From Candidatus Moraniibacteriota bacterium (lineage in GTDB: Bacteria; Patescibacteriota; Minisyncoccia; Moranbacterales; UBA1568): 64,000 nt of DNA. Location of the stretch: positions 31,951 to 95,950 of the forward strand of contig JAHFOO010000003.1 of NCBI GenBank assembly GCA_023261645.1. The letters are read 5' to 3'. The notes below the pieces were generated by a model. That model was not told the DNA's origin. It did no database searches and saw only the letters and a program-made list of their open reading frames with translations. Each line of letters starts with the position of its first letter. Position 1 is the first letter of the stretch. Shown in pieces: positions 1-9,500 of this stretch. The position numbers were made by a program, and so were the translations under genes.

Positions 1-463
1 AGAAATCTTCTCGGTAAGCCAAAACGATCAATGCCCGATACAACTCCGGGACTTTTTCCAATGCTCGATCCAAATCTTCAGTTTTTTCAGCCTTTTCCAA
101 AATCTCATCCGGCAACGGTACGTTCTCATCGATTACTTCCAGTGTCATCTTCCCCTCTCCATCTTCGAAAGAAGAGAATGGGATACTCTGCTTCTTCTTG
201 AAAGAATCAAATGTCGTATTTTTGGCAATGGTGAAAATCCAAGTTTTGAAACTCCTCTTCTGATCAAAACGAGCGATATGCCTCCATACTTTGATGAATG
301 TATCCTGCACCAAGTCCTCTGCTATATTTCGATCGTGAGTAAACAGAAAAATGAAATTATAGAGTGGCGATAGATACTTCTTTACAAGTTGTTCGAAGGC
401 TCTGTCATCGCCGGAGAGAAAATCTTGCACCAATTGTTGATCATCTTGCAACATACCATTCAT
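1..463 (-). CDS. ECF-type RNA polymerase sigma-70 factor (3' end runs off window)
   Basis: Not in ORF track. Manual minus-strand translation: (MNG)MLQDDQQLVQDFLSGDDRAFEQLVKKYLSPLYNFIFLFTHDRNIAEDLVQDTFIKVWRHIARFDQKRSFKTWIFTIAKN, a typical ECF region 2 (AEDLVQDTF, FKTWIFTIA). Alternative start at 454. Confidence 0.9.
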   Translation of the reverse strand, partial: MNGMLQDDQQLVQDFLSGDDRAFEQLVKKYLSPLYNFIFLFTHDRNIAEDLVQDTFIKVWRHIARFDQKRSFKTWIFTIAKNTTFDSFKKKQSIPFSSFEDGEGKMTLEVIDENVPLPDEILEKAEKTEDLDRALEKVPELYRALIVLAYREDF

Positions 464-492
464 AATTACAGAAAGAATCCACTTCAAAAATT

Positions 493-1602
493 CTATTCAA
501 TAGTAATAGCGACTATTTCAGACTGTGTGCCGATACGCATCGCGGGTCCCCACGTACCGACGCCACTCGTCGTGTACAAAGCGAAATCCCCAAAAGTATA
601 TAGTCCGTAATCGAAGCCTTTATGTATTATGTGTGTAATAAACTGAAAAGGAAACTGCTGACCCTGATGTGTGTGCCCGGCCAAAAAGAGATTTACTCCA
701 CTTTGCCTCACCTCATCGATATTCTTGGGGGCATGATAGAGGAGCACACTCGGTTTTCCGGAAAACTGATCCTTCAAAGATGCGAGAGTCGTGATGATAT
801 CTTTCTCCTCCCCTCGGTTCGGATAATTCACTCCGATTAATTTGAGACCATCGACATCCAAAACCTCATCTTGCATCAGGATCACCTTTGTCTTCCGTAA
901 AACAGCTAAAGATTTTTCGACTCCCAAGTAGGTTTCGTGATTGCCACTCACGAAAAATATTCCGTTTTCTGTTTCGATACTATCCAATGGTTGTACGAGA
1001 GAATCCAAGTGGCCATCCATTCCATCGAAGAGATCTCCGGTAATCACCACTATCTTCGGATGAAGCGTGTTTACCTTTTCGACAACGTCTTTGAGAAAAC
1101 CTGCCTGATATATGTGTCCCAAATGCACGTCAGAAAGCTGAACGATCGTTTTTCCTTTCCATACATCCGGAATACCGGGAATACGGACAGAAATATGTTT
1201 CACAACCGGATGAAAAGCATTCCAGACCCCGTACAAAGAGACAAATAAAGCCAATCCGAAGAAAAATAATCCCAATAATCCCTTGTCTACACCAAGATTT
1301 GCATACCTATTGATCCACAAAATAAGCCATACGGCGATAAGGGCCAGCATACTATTCACCAATAGTCCCAGCCAGAATCCGGAAAGGAAATAGAGTGCTC
1401 GTGTGAAAATATTCTCATATAGATGAGCGAGTACGGAGGAAAGAAAGAAACTCATCGAAAGAAAGATCAGGATACAAGCAAGAATATATTTCTGGGTAAT
1501 GTCCGTTATCGAGAAAAAATGTATGAAAGAAACATACACAATACTATGAGCTCCAAGCAAAATTGTAAGAAATGAAAGAAGAAAAAAAACGACTTGCATC
1601 AT
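493..1602 (-). CDS. Membrane-anchored metallophosphoesterase (YkuE/YaeI-like)
   Basis: N-terminal TM helices; motifs SDVHLG, TGDLFD, SGNHE, YHAP, AGHTHQGQ, TSGVGTWGP. Confidence 0.9.
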   Translation of the reverse strand: MMQVVFFLLSFLTILLGAHSIVYVSFIHFFSITDITQKYILACILIFLSMSFFLSSVLAHLYENIFTRALYFLSGFWLGLLVNSMLALIAVWLILWINRYANLGVDKGLLGLFFFGLALFVSLYGVWNAFHPVVKHISVRIPGIPDVWKGKTIVQLSDVHLGHIYQAGFLKDVVEKVNTLHPKIVVITGDLFDGMDGHLDSLVQPLDSIETENGIFFVSGNHETYLGVEKSLAVLRKTKVILMQDEVLDVDGLKLIGVNYPNRGEEKDIITTLASLKDQFSGKPSVLLYHAPKNIDEVRQSGVNLFLAGHTHQGQQFPFQFITHIIHKGFDYGLYTFGDFALYTTSGVGTWGPAMRIGTQSEIVAITIE

Positions 1603-1632
1603 ATGCTTATGTATTACTTTTGGATATATCTT

Positions 1633-2259
1633 TTATGTTCGTGGATTTCCTTTCTTCCACTCGGCAATGCTCCCCATTTTTCTTTCAAGTGGGCTCGCTT
1701 TCCGTATAAGTCTTTTATTTTTTTTCGGCACGATCGGAAAGTGCCTCACATCATCGAGTGCGTGTGCAATATACCAGACATCTTCCGAGGAAGTGATCCA
1801 CTCCATACCGAAACGCTTGAGGGAAATCGGTACTGAATAACTCTGAAGCGTCTTCCGTCCTGTGGTGATCATAAAGTATTCGTGAAAGTAAGACAATGCC
1901 AATTCGCGAATCGTCCGATATATCGGATCACGAAACCTCAGCACTGAGTGATTCGTCTTGCTTATTGCGCCCCAGTAGCCATTCCGCTTATATAAAGCCA
2001 CTACATGGTCGTCATCATACCGAAGCGTCGTCAGATCAAGAAGGAGCGGTTCTTCGCCGTGAAGCCACAGTGCCGTAGCAGCCAGCATCGCCCCTTCGAT
2101 ACAGTGCGCCTTTTTCTCACGAAGTACCTGGCGTGGCGACAAACAAGTATCACCATTTTTCTCGTGATTGATGGGCAACCTATCGAGAAAATCCTGGATT
2201 TTTTCCGGTGTAGAAAGCTTCTTCAGAACGGTCAACTCTTTTTTTGATAATCCGAACAT
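1633..2259 (-). CDS. Conserved hypothetical protein, transglutaminase/cysteine-protease-like
   Basis: AHCIEGA (Cys) and DDDHVVA (His) motifs; clean ORF with its own promoter. Confidence 0.6.
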   Translation of the reverse strand: MFGLSKKELTVLKKLSTPEKIQDFLDRLPINHEKNGDTCLSPRQVLREKKAHCIEGAMLAATALWLHGEEPLLLDLTTLRYDDDHVVALYKRNGYWGAISKTNHSVLRFRDPIYRTIRELALSYFHEYFMITTGRKTLQSYSVPISLKRFGMEWITSSEDVWYIAHALDDVRHFPIVPKKNKRLIRKASPLERKMGSIAEWKKGNPRT

Positions 2260-2265
2260 ACGTCT

Positions 2266-2274
2266 ATTATAGCA
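2266..2274 (-). promoter_or_regulatory. Extended -10 promoter TGCTATAAT, 6 nt before the ATG (probable leaderless mRNA)
   Basis: Minus strand reads TGCTATAAT-AGACGT-ATG. Confidence 0.6.
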
Positions 2275-2302
2275 TCACCTCTTAAGCACATTCTCACCAC
2301 AT

Positions 2303-2330
2303 AAAAACGCCATCAAAGAAAGATGGCGTT
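2303..2330 (-). terminator. Intrinsic terminator
   Basis: AACGCCATC...GATGGCGTT hairpin with an A-run (U-tail on minus strand), downstream of 2359..2901. Confidence 0.6.
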
Positions 2331-2358
2331 CCAAATGTCATTATTAAAATCAAAAATA

Positions 2359-2901
2359 TTATTTAGACCAGTCAGCCGGTGCTTGCACCACATTCCCTCC
2401 TGCATCTACGACAACGCCTGTGTCATCCTTGATATTGGCTTCTGAACCATTTTGATCATCCTGCAGAAATCTATCGATGAAATACAGTTGTTCACCTGTC
2501 TTCAATATATATTGCTGATCATGATACTCTGCTTTCTGTGCCTTGAGTGATATTTCTGTCGTTCCGTCGGTCAAAGCTTTTTTGGTCATTACAAAACCGG
2601 ACAAAGCTGTCTTTGCATCAGCACTAAGCGGTGCATCTCCAGAAATGAGATACGCATTCTTTGCATATTCCTGTTCAGAGAATTTTGTTGCTGTTACGAC
2701 AGGCACTTTCGCTTTTTTTTCTTTACTTGTCTGTTCAGTGCCATTTTTCAGCAGTCCCAGATTGGAAAGCTTGTTCTTCTCATATTTCGCTCCGATATAA
2801 AAGATTCCTCCTGCGACTACAACCAGTATCAAACCGATAGTAAGCGTCTTCTTGTTATATCCCCAGATTTTTCCATCTTCTTCCATAATATTTATTCTCA
2901 C
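2359..2901 (-). CDS. Hypothetical membrane-anchored exported protein
   Basis: One N-terminal TM helix followed by a soluble domain. Confidence 0.7.
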   Translation of the reverse strand: MRINIMEEDGKIWGYNKKTLTIGLILVVVAGGIFYIGAKYEKNKLSNLGLLKNGTEQTSKEKKAKVPVVTATKFSEQEYAKNAYLISGDAPLSADAKTALSGFVMTKKALTDGTTEISLKAQKAEYHDQQYILKTGEQLYFIDRFLQDDQNGSEANIKDDTGVVVDAGGNVVQAPADWSK

Positions 2902-2999
2902 TGATTAAGCACTCGCTATTGTATCATAGAAATATATCCTTTGCATATCTATATCCGATTGTATTTTCCGTAAAAAAAGTGTATCTTAAGAGGAGATAT

Positions 3000-3908
3000 A
3001 TGCTTCATTCAACAATAAAAGGAGCCGATTTCGGAGAAGAAGAGACTGCTTTCTATGCAGAGGCTTTCATGCGGAATATCGGACTACTGAAAGAGGAAGA
3101 ACAAGAAAAATTACACAACGCCCATATTGCGATAGCTGGTCTCGGTGGTGTCGGGGGCATTCACGCACTGAGTTTCGCACGCTTGGGAGTGGGAAGATTC
3201 AGTATTTCTGATAAGGATACTTTCGAAACTGCCAATATCAACCGTCAAGCCGGTGCCACGCAGGATACTTTCGGACAAGATAAAGCAGAGGTACTGGAAA
3301 AAATGATTCATGCTATCAACCCCTTTGCAGAAGTACGCCGATTCTCTCATGGTATTTCAGAAGAGACAGTGGACGCCTTCTTGGCCGATGCTTCTCTCGT
3401 CATCGATGGTTTGGATTTTTTTGAAATCGGTGTACGGCGGCTTCTCTTTCGCAAGGCCCAAGAAAAAAATCTCTCCGCCATCACCGCCGGTCCGGTCGGT
3501 TTCGGAGGAGCGATGCTTGTCTTCGATCCGCAAGGAATGAGTTTCGATGCTTATTTCGATCTCCACGATGGGATGAGCGAAGAAGAGATGGTGCTCCTCT
3601 TCGGTATCGGTCTCGCTCCGGCCCTCCTGCAGAGGAAATATTTCAAACCGGACACCATCGATCTCAAAAAAAGATCGGCGCCTTCCCTCGTCACAGGGAC
3701 GCTTTTTGCTTCCGGTCTTGTCACTTGTGAGGCGGTAAAAATTCTCCTTGGAGAAAAAGTCTACCCTGCACCGCACTTCTCCCAATTTGATCCGTACGTC
3801 CGTCGATATAAAAAAGGGTATCTCTGGGGAGGAAATCGCCATCCTCTTCAACGCTTCAAGAAATGGTATATCCTACGGAAATTGAAGCAACAACAAAAAA
3901 TTTCTTAA
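3000..3908 (+). CDS. ThiF-family adenylyltransferase (resembles OxzB ThiF domain / acyltransferase-associated ThiF)
   Basis: AFMRNIGLL, IAGLGGVGG, DKDTFETANINRQ, IDGLDFF, C-terminal FDPY..GGNRHPLQR. AGGAG RBS before ATG 3000 (ORF track starts at 2919). Confidence 0.9.
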   Translation: MLHSTIKGADFGEEETAFYAEAFMRNIGLLKEEEQEKLHNAHIAIAGLGGVGGIHALSFARLGVGRFSISDKDTFETANINRQAGATQDTFGQDKAEVLEKMIHAINPFAEVRRFSHGISEETVDAFLADASLVIDGLDFFEIGVRRLLFRKAQEKNLSAITAGPVGFGGAMLVFDPQGMSFDAYFDLHDGMSEEEMVLLFGIGLAPALLQRKYFKPDTIDLKKRSAPSLVTGTLFASGLVTCEAVKILLGEKVYPAPHFSQFDPYVRRYKKGYLWGGNRHPLQRFKKWYILRKLKQQQKIS

Positions 3909-3916
3909 AAACGCTT

Positions 3917-5035
3917 ATGCCATCCCTTTCTCCAGAACTTCTGAAACAGATTCTTGAAGAAGCGCGTTTCGCTCCTTCCGGAGATAATATCCAGCCCTGG
4001 CTTTTCAAGATGTATCCTGATCATTCCCTCGTTCTCCATAGGAACGAGCCGGAAAATCTCCTTGCTTCCGATTATTTTCTGAATGCATCGTTTGTCGCAC
4101 TCGGTTGCATATTGGAGAATGTCGCCATCGCTTCGGAACATTATGGCTTTTCCAGTACTGTCGTTATCCACGAAGATTGTGTTTCTGATGAAACCCCTCA
4201 AGCTACCATCCATTTCATACCAACCACGCTTTCCGCTGAACAACAGGAATCGAATGAGAGACTTTTCCAGGTGATGTGCAAACGACATACTGATCGACGC
4301 CCCTACAAGAAGCAACCGCTCGATGATACGACGAAACGGCTTTTCGAAAAGACAGCCTTGGAGGGAGGCGGGAAACTCCACTTGATAGAAGGCGAAGAAA
4401 TGCTCGATGCTTTTGGAAAAACTCTCGGTAGTCACGATACGTATCTCTGGAATGATGCCACTCTGCGTGATAACCTGATCAGGTTCATTCATTTCTCCCA
4501 ATCAAATCATAGTGCCACAAGCGGAATGCCTCTCGATACGCTCGGTCTCGGAACGCTCAGCATTTTCTTCAAAACCGCCATTCTACTCGCGTACCGCATT
4601 CCTCTCCTGTGGAAAGTCATCTGTTTTGCTTCCCGATTCGGTACGCAAAAAACGCTTTCTGCTTCGAGCGCCTTGGTTTTTCTCACGCTCCCGAAACAGA
4701 AAATTCAGACGAGTCCGTTATCAGACACACCTACCAAAGACCTGGTACGCGGAGGAAGGATAGCGGAACGTCTCTGGTTACTGGCAGAAACGCTCGGATT
4801 GTCGCTCCAACCGCAATACGCCTTTGTCGCTATGGCTCATAATGCCGGGAATGAAAAATTGGGACAGTCTTTCCTTTCTGCCAACAAAAAAATCATCGCT
4901 TTTCTCAGATCTCACTGTCCGTGGTTCGAAAAAGAATCTCTCGTCTTCGCCTATCGCATCGGTTTCGTGGTGTCGAAGAAGAGAGCCTCTACGACAGAAC
5001 GCAAGAGCGTTGAAGAAATCCTGTGGCACACATAA
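3917..5035 (+). CDS. Nitroreductase-family FMN oxidoreductase (Acg/OxzB-like tandem fold)
   Basis: ARFAPSGDNIQPW, ALGCILEN, KRHTDRRPY, GRIAERLWL, LGLSLQP, YRIG motifs; ATG 8 nt after the ThiF stop. Confidence 0.85.
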   Translation: MPSLSPELLKQILEEARFAPSGDNIQPWLFKMYPDHSLVLHRNEPENLLASDYFLNASFVALGCILENVAIASEHYGFSSTVVIHEDCVSDETPQATIHFIPTTLSAEQQESNERLFQVMCKRHTDRRPYKKQPLDDTTKRLFEKTALEGGGKLHLIEGEEMLDAFGKTLGSHDTYLWNDATLRDNLIRFIHFSQSNHSATSGMPLDTLGLGTLSIFFKTAILLAYRIPLLWKVICFASRFGTQKTLSASSALVFLTLPKQKIQTSPLSDTPTKDLVRGGRIAERLWLLAETLGLSLQPQYAFVAMAHNAGNEKLGQSFLSANKKIIAFLRSHCPWFEKESLVFAYRIGFVVSKKRASTTERKSVEEILWHT

Positions 5036-5051
5036 ACTCAAATGTCTTTTC

Positions 5052-5819
5052 TTACTCGGATTTTTTCGGTGGAATGGCCCACGGACAGGTGTTATCGACA
5101 GCCAATTGAGCCCATATCTCACGATACCAGAGGCGATACCCTGCACTGCTCGGATGAAGCATATCGGGTGCGAAGTATTTCTTCGGTTCTTTTTCGAAAA
5201 AATAAAATTGACTGAAAAGATCCACGCAGGCGATGTCTCTCTCTTTGGCGACACGCGTGAAGATATTTTGAACACAAAGGGCGCGCGTACCGAGAAAACG
5301 TCGTAGCATCTTCGGAAAAAACGGGGCGAAACCAATATTGCTGTACACGAGCAGGATAGTCTTCCGACCGGAAAGAATATTCGCTAGATCGAGTACCCGT
5401 ACGATATCTTTTTCCAGACGGGCATACGCGCTCAAATGCCAGACATCGTTACCGCCGATACTGATGATGACAAGATCATACCGCTTCTCTTTTTTCTTCT
5501 CAAAAATGGCAATCAAGTCACGTGTCCGAAAGCCGTTTTCTGAAAGATTCTCAATCTCTACTCTCGGCAGATCGTGAGCAAGAAGACCACTTAGAGATTC
5601 TTCCGGTCTTGTTGCTCCGGTACCATAGCTCGTGCTGTCTCCGACGATGAGGATTCTTTTCTGTGCTCCTTTTGGATGCACGGAATATGAATGACTCATC
5701 AAAGAAAGACTCTTGTTGAGAGCTATACGCCACAGCATCCTCAGTGCCGTTACAACGATGAAACTATCCAAAAGGATGAAAAATATCGAAAAAAAATCGA
5801 GTCCGTTGAAAAAATCCAT
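5052..5819 (-). CDS. SGNH/GDSL hydrolase with N-terminal membrane anchor
   Basis: GDST block I, GGND block III, DMLHP block V. Confidence 0.9.
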   Translation of the reverse strand: MDFFNGLDFFSIFFILLDSFIVVTALRMLWRIALNKSLSLMSHSYSVHPKGAQKRILIVGDSTSYGTGATRPEESLSGLLAHDLPRVEIENLSENGFRTRDLIAIFEKKKEKRYDLVIISIGGNDVWHLSAYARLEKDIVRVLDLANILSGRKTILLVYSNIGFAPFFPKMLRRFLGTRALCVQNIFTRVAKERDIACVDLFSQFYFFEKEPKKYFAPDMLHPSSAGYRLWYREIWAQLAVDNTCPWAIPPKKSE

Positions 5820-5824
5820 ATTTT

Positions 5825-6571
5825 TTATTGATGCTTCAGCAATTCATCATAGCGCTCTGTAGAGAGTACTTCACGAAGTTTAGTATACCACAAGCCATAA
5901 CCCTCTCCGTTCGGATGAATCCCATCGGAAGCGAAAAGAAGATGTGGGGATTGCCTGAATGGGTCCGCTGCTTTCTCTTCAAAAAGATCGACGTAACTGA
6001 CTTCTGCAGATTCTGTCGCTTCCAGGAATAGTGCACGAATCTTTCTTGTCCTTTCTTCGAAATAACAGCTCAAAGGAAAACGAAAAAAAGGAATCGTGCC
6101 AAGATTGGCAGATGAAGATACCACAACCCTCCCAGCGCTTATTTTTTTTGCACTGGCGAAAATATAATCGAGTCTCCTCGAAAAATGCGTCAATGGTCTG
6201 AGTGTAAGCGTGTCTATCCCACCGATCTGGATGATGACAAGATCAGCCTTCATATCCGGATGATCTCTCAGAAAAACGGCTAGTTCTCTCGTCCCCATAC
6301 CTACCTTGGCATAGTTCCTGATGGAAATGAGAGGAAATTCCGCTCCCAATCGCCCAGCCAAAGAGAATTCCGGACGTTCCGATCCCGTGCCGGCTACCGT
6401 GCTGTCACCAAGAATAATGACTGTTTTTCCACTGCGCTCTCTCCTATACGGATGAGTCGTATAGCCTAAATACTTGGCAATACTGCCAAAAAGAATCAAA
6501 GAAAAAATCTCAAAAAGAGCATAACAAAAGATGATAAGTCCCAACCATTGAAGAAAAAGGAGAATGAGCAT
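5825..6571 (-). CDS. SGNH/GDSL hydrolase with N-terminal membrane anchor
   Basis: GDST, GGID (variant of GGND) and DGIHP motifs; start at 6571 inferred (ORF track 6628). Confidence 0.88.
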   Translation of the reverse strand: MLILLFLQWLGLIIFCYALFEIFSLILFGSIAKYLGYTTHPYRRERSGKTVIILGDSTVAGTGSERPEFSLAGRLGAEFPLISIRNYAKVGMGTRELAVFLRDHPDMKADLVIIQIGGIDTLTLRPLTHFSRRLDYIFASAKKISAGRVVVSSSANLGTIPFFRFPLSCYFEERTRKIRALFLEATESAEVSYVDLFEEKAADPFRQSPHLLFASDGIHPNGEGYGLWYTKLREVLSTERYDELLKHQ

Positions 6572-6702
6572 AAACAAGTGTTCCCCACATTGTAAAGAAT
6601 ATCGCTCCAAAAAGCAACTTACTCCCAAGGAACGCCCGACTTTCCCTGCAATAAAGAACTCTATTCTTGAGGAAATATGATATACTGGACAGAAATGCCT
6701 CT

Positions 6703-7320
6703 ATGGAAAATAGCTTTCTGCTGTTCCTCGGTCCGTGGTTACAATCGCACATCATTTTGTGGGGTCCTATCGCTATCTGGGTCACGGTCTTTCTCTTCGG
6801 TGAAAATGGAGCCTTGATCGCTTTTGCCTTCTCAGCACAAGGATTTATTTCACCAGCGGATGCTCTCATTTTTTCCTTCCTTGGATCCTTTTCTGCAGAT
6901 CTTTTCTGGTATTTCATCATAGTCAGCACCTTCCGTTCCTGGTATGAACGACATTTCAAGAAAACTCTCCGGGCATCAGACACCAAACGATCTTTCCTAA
7001 GTCTTGCAGACAATCACCCTTATGCCCTCTTGATTCTCCTGAAGTTCTTGGTCGGAGTGAGACTTATCTTGACTTTTTATATTCTTACCAAGAAAAAACT
7101 CCCCTTTCAGGCGTATTTTTTCTGTATCCTTCTCGGAAATATTCTCTTTGTAGCGGTACTATTCCCCATCGGATGGCTTCTTGGCACGGGTGCCAAAGAG
7201 GCTCTGCTCATAGGACAAGGCTTATCGAGCATCCTGACCACTCTCGTCATTGTCGGTATCACCAGTCAAGCTCTCCTGTATCTCATCCGTCGCGCCCTGC
7301 TTCGTTTTTCCAAAAAATAA
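6703..7320 (+). CDS. DedA/VTT-family-like membrane protein
   Basis: Hydrophobic; FGE, GSFSADLFWY and KFLVGVR resemble DedA motifs. TGATATACT promoter just upstream. Confidence 0.65.
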   Translation: MENSFLLFLGPWLQSHIILWGPIAIWVTVFLFGENGALIAFAFSAQGFISPADALIFSFLGSFSADLFWYFIIVSTFRSWYERHFKKTLRASDTKRSFLSLADNHPYALLILLKFLVGVRLILTFYILTKKKLPFQAYFFCILLGNILFVAVLFPIGWLLGTGAKEALLIGQGLSSILTTLVIVGITSQALLYLIRRALLRFSKK

Positions 7321-7496
7321 ATCCGGTGCAACCCGATTCGATTCAAATCAAGGCGAGTAAAATCGGATGTTCTAATTCATTATCCGGACATTCCTCCACG
7401 ATCGACTTCCATTTTTGTGCTATACTGAAAACAAAAGAATCACTATTATAAGGGCTTATTTCTCGAAGAAAATAAGAAAAAAATCACTCTAAAAAA

Positions 7497-8684
7497 ATGC
7501 CTTCTTTCTCTCTTCTTTGGATGTACGTAGCACGTGATATCGGTCGGAGCAAGGCGCTCTTCGCACTCATCATTTTCAGTCTGGCCGTTGCTTCAACGGC
7601 GCTCCTTCTTACCGTAGGAATCTTGGACGGTTTCCGAGTAATGCTGACCGATGGTGAACGTGGTTGGCTCGGCGACATCGTCATCACACCGCAAGACGAC
7701 GACCGTTCCATCGAACAAGTACGTTTCATAGAGGAACAACTCCAATCATTGCCGGAAGTAGAAGCTTTCAGCCTAAGAAGTCGAAGTCAGTCTGTACTCC
7801 GTTATGAAAACAGAAAAACGACTCCTTTTCAAATCTTGGGTATCGACCCAGCTTCGGATAGCAGAGTAACATGGCTCCAATCGAAAATAATCGAGGGAAC
7901 CTATTTCGAAAATTCCACCGCCGATGAAGTGATTCTGGGGAAAAACCTGAGTGACAGTCTCATCGGATCTTTGGATGACAACAAAAGTATTCATCCTGGT
8001 GAAGATATCTATGTTCTTTCGTCTTCCGGTGAATACAAACCCTACAGAGTGCGTGGCATCGTCGATGCAAAGACATTCTTCCCGAACTGGAGCCTCTTCT
8101 TCACGAAAGATCGTCTGGAGAAGATCGACGCGAGCAGCCGTAATTCACAACTGATCGTGAAAATCTCTGATGAAAAACAGGTGCTCGGTGTACGCGATTC
8201 ATTACGTGCACAATTTCCCGGGGCGACTGTAAAAACATGGGAAGAAGAGTCAAGCTACACTCGGGATATTCTCCAAACAGTGACATTTATCACACGCTCC
8301 ATCCATGATCTGCTCGTCCTGACGGTATTTATGGTCATCAGCATCGTCATCTTCATCAATGTCAACCAAAAGAAAAAACAGATCGGTATACTGAAGGCGA
8401 TGGGTACGAACAATTCTTTCATCGTCACCGCCTATATAACGCAGGCATCGATTTACGCAATCTTTGGTTTCATCATCGGCCTTGGTCTGTTCTTCATCTT
8501 CTTTTGGTGGTCCATCAATCATCCTATCCCCCTCCTTATCGGTGATTTCCGTTTACAAGTTTCTCTTATGACAGGTCTGAGTTCTTTCATCACTCTTGCT
8601 GTAGCGTCTATCGGCGGAGCCCTTATTCCATCCTTCTTGGCAGCCCGGATGCGTATTATCGATGTTATCCGCAACAATAATTGA
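7497..8684 (+). CDS. ABC transporter permease, MacB/LolE/FtsX family
   Basis: TM1, large external loop, then KKKQIGILKAMG and three TM helices. Confidence 0.9.
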   Translation: MPSFSLLWMYVARDIGRSKALFALIIFSLAVASTALLLTVGILDGFRVMLTDGERGWLGDIVITPQDDDRSIEQVRFIEEQLQSLPEVEAFSLRSRSQSVLRYENRKTTPFQILGIDPASDSRVTWLQSKIIEGTYFENSTADEVILGKNLSDSLIGSLDDNKSIHPGEDIYVLSSSGEYKPYRVRGIVDAKTFFPNWSLFFTKDRLEKIDASSRNSQLIVKISDEKQVLGVRDSLRAQFPGATVKTWEEESSYTRDILQTVTFITRSIHDLLVLTVFMVISIVIFINVNQKKKQIGILKAMGTNNSFIVTAYITQASIYAIFGFIIGLGLFFIFFWWSINHPIPLLIGDFRLQVSLMTGLSSFITLAVASIGGALIPSFLAARMRIIDVIRNNN

Positions 8685-8690
8685 ACATCT

Positions 8691-9500
8691 ATGTTTCCCG
8701 CACATCTGCACCAACAAAGCTCGCAAATGACTCCCTACGCTTCAGGAAGAGATCATTCTTCTTCATCTCTGCCAGCACTTGTCAGTATCCGAAACATTGT
8801 GAGACGCTATGAACCTCCAGAAGGAGTTCCTATCACAGCCTTAAACGGTGTCAGTCTGGAAATTTACAAAGGTGAGTTCCTCGCAGTGACAGGTCATTCC
8901 GGTTCAGGCAAAAGTACTTTTTTGAACCTCATCGGACTCATTGATGAACCGAGCAGTGGCGATATCATCATAAACGGTCGCAATACCTCCCTTTTCAACG
9001 AAAAAGAACGTACCGAATTTCGATTGAATGCCTTGAGTTTCGTCTTCCAATCCTTCAATCTCATAGAAAATTTCACGGCACTCGAAAATATCGCCTTTCA
9101 ACTCCGTTTGCAAGGATATAGTAAAAGAGACGCTCACAAACAAGCTCAGGAAACACTGAACTATCTCGGCCTTCAAGACCGGGCCCGTCTCTACCCACGA
9201 GAATTGTCCGGAGGAGAACAACAGCGTATCGCCATCGGACGAGCGCTCGTCAAAGATTCCTTCCTTCTGTTGGCCGATGAACCAACGGCTCATCTCGATT
9301 CCAAGAATTCTCAAAATGTTATGGAACTTCTCTCCCAAGTCAATCGTGAATTCGGACGGACCATCGTTCTGGTCACTCACGAAACGGAAGAAACAGCATT
9401 CGCCAACCACACAGTCACGTTCCGCGATGGCCGGATAACCAGTGATGAGAGAGCAGAAACGGAAAATTCTGCTATAATACGGAAAACATCCTATGTTTAA
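8691..9500 (+). CDS. ABC transporter ATP-binding protein (LolD/MacB-like)
   Basis: GHSGSGKST, LSGGEQQR, ADEPT, VTH. Confidence 0.95.
   Translation: MFPAHLHQQSSQMTPYASGRDHSSSSLPALVSIRNIVRRYEPPEGVPITALNGVSLEIYKGEFLAVTGHSGSGKSTFLNLIGLIDEPSSGDIIINGRNTSLFNEKERTEFRLNALSFVFQSFNLIENFTALENIAFQLRLQGYSKRDAHKQAQETLNYLGLQDRARLYPRELSGGEQQRIAIGRALVKDSFLLLADEPTAHLDSKNSQNVMELLSQVNREFGRTIVLVTHETEETAFANHTVTFRDGRITSDERAETENSAIIRKTSYV
9470..9478 (+). promoter_or_regulatory. Internal extended -10 promoter for the adaptor and FeeM-like genes
   Basis: TGCTATAAT inside the 3' end of the ATPase gene, 14 nt before ATG 9493. Confidence 0.45.
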
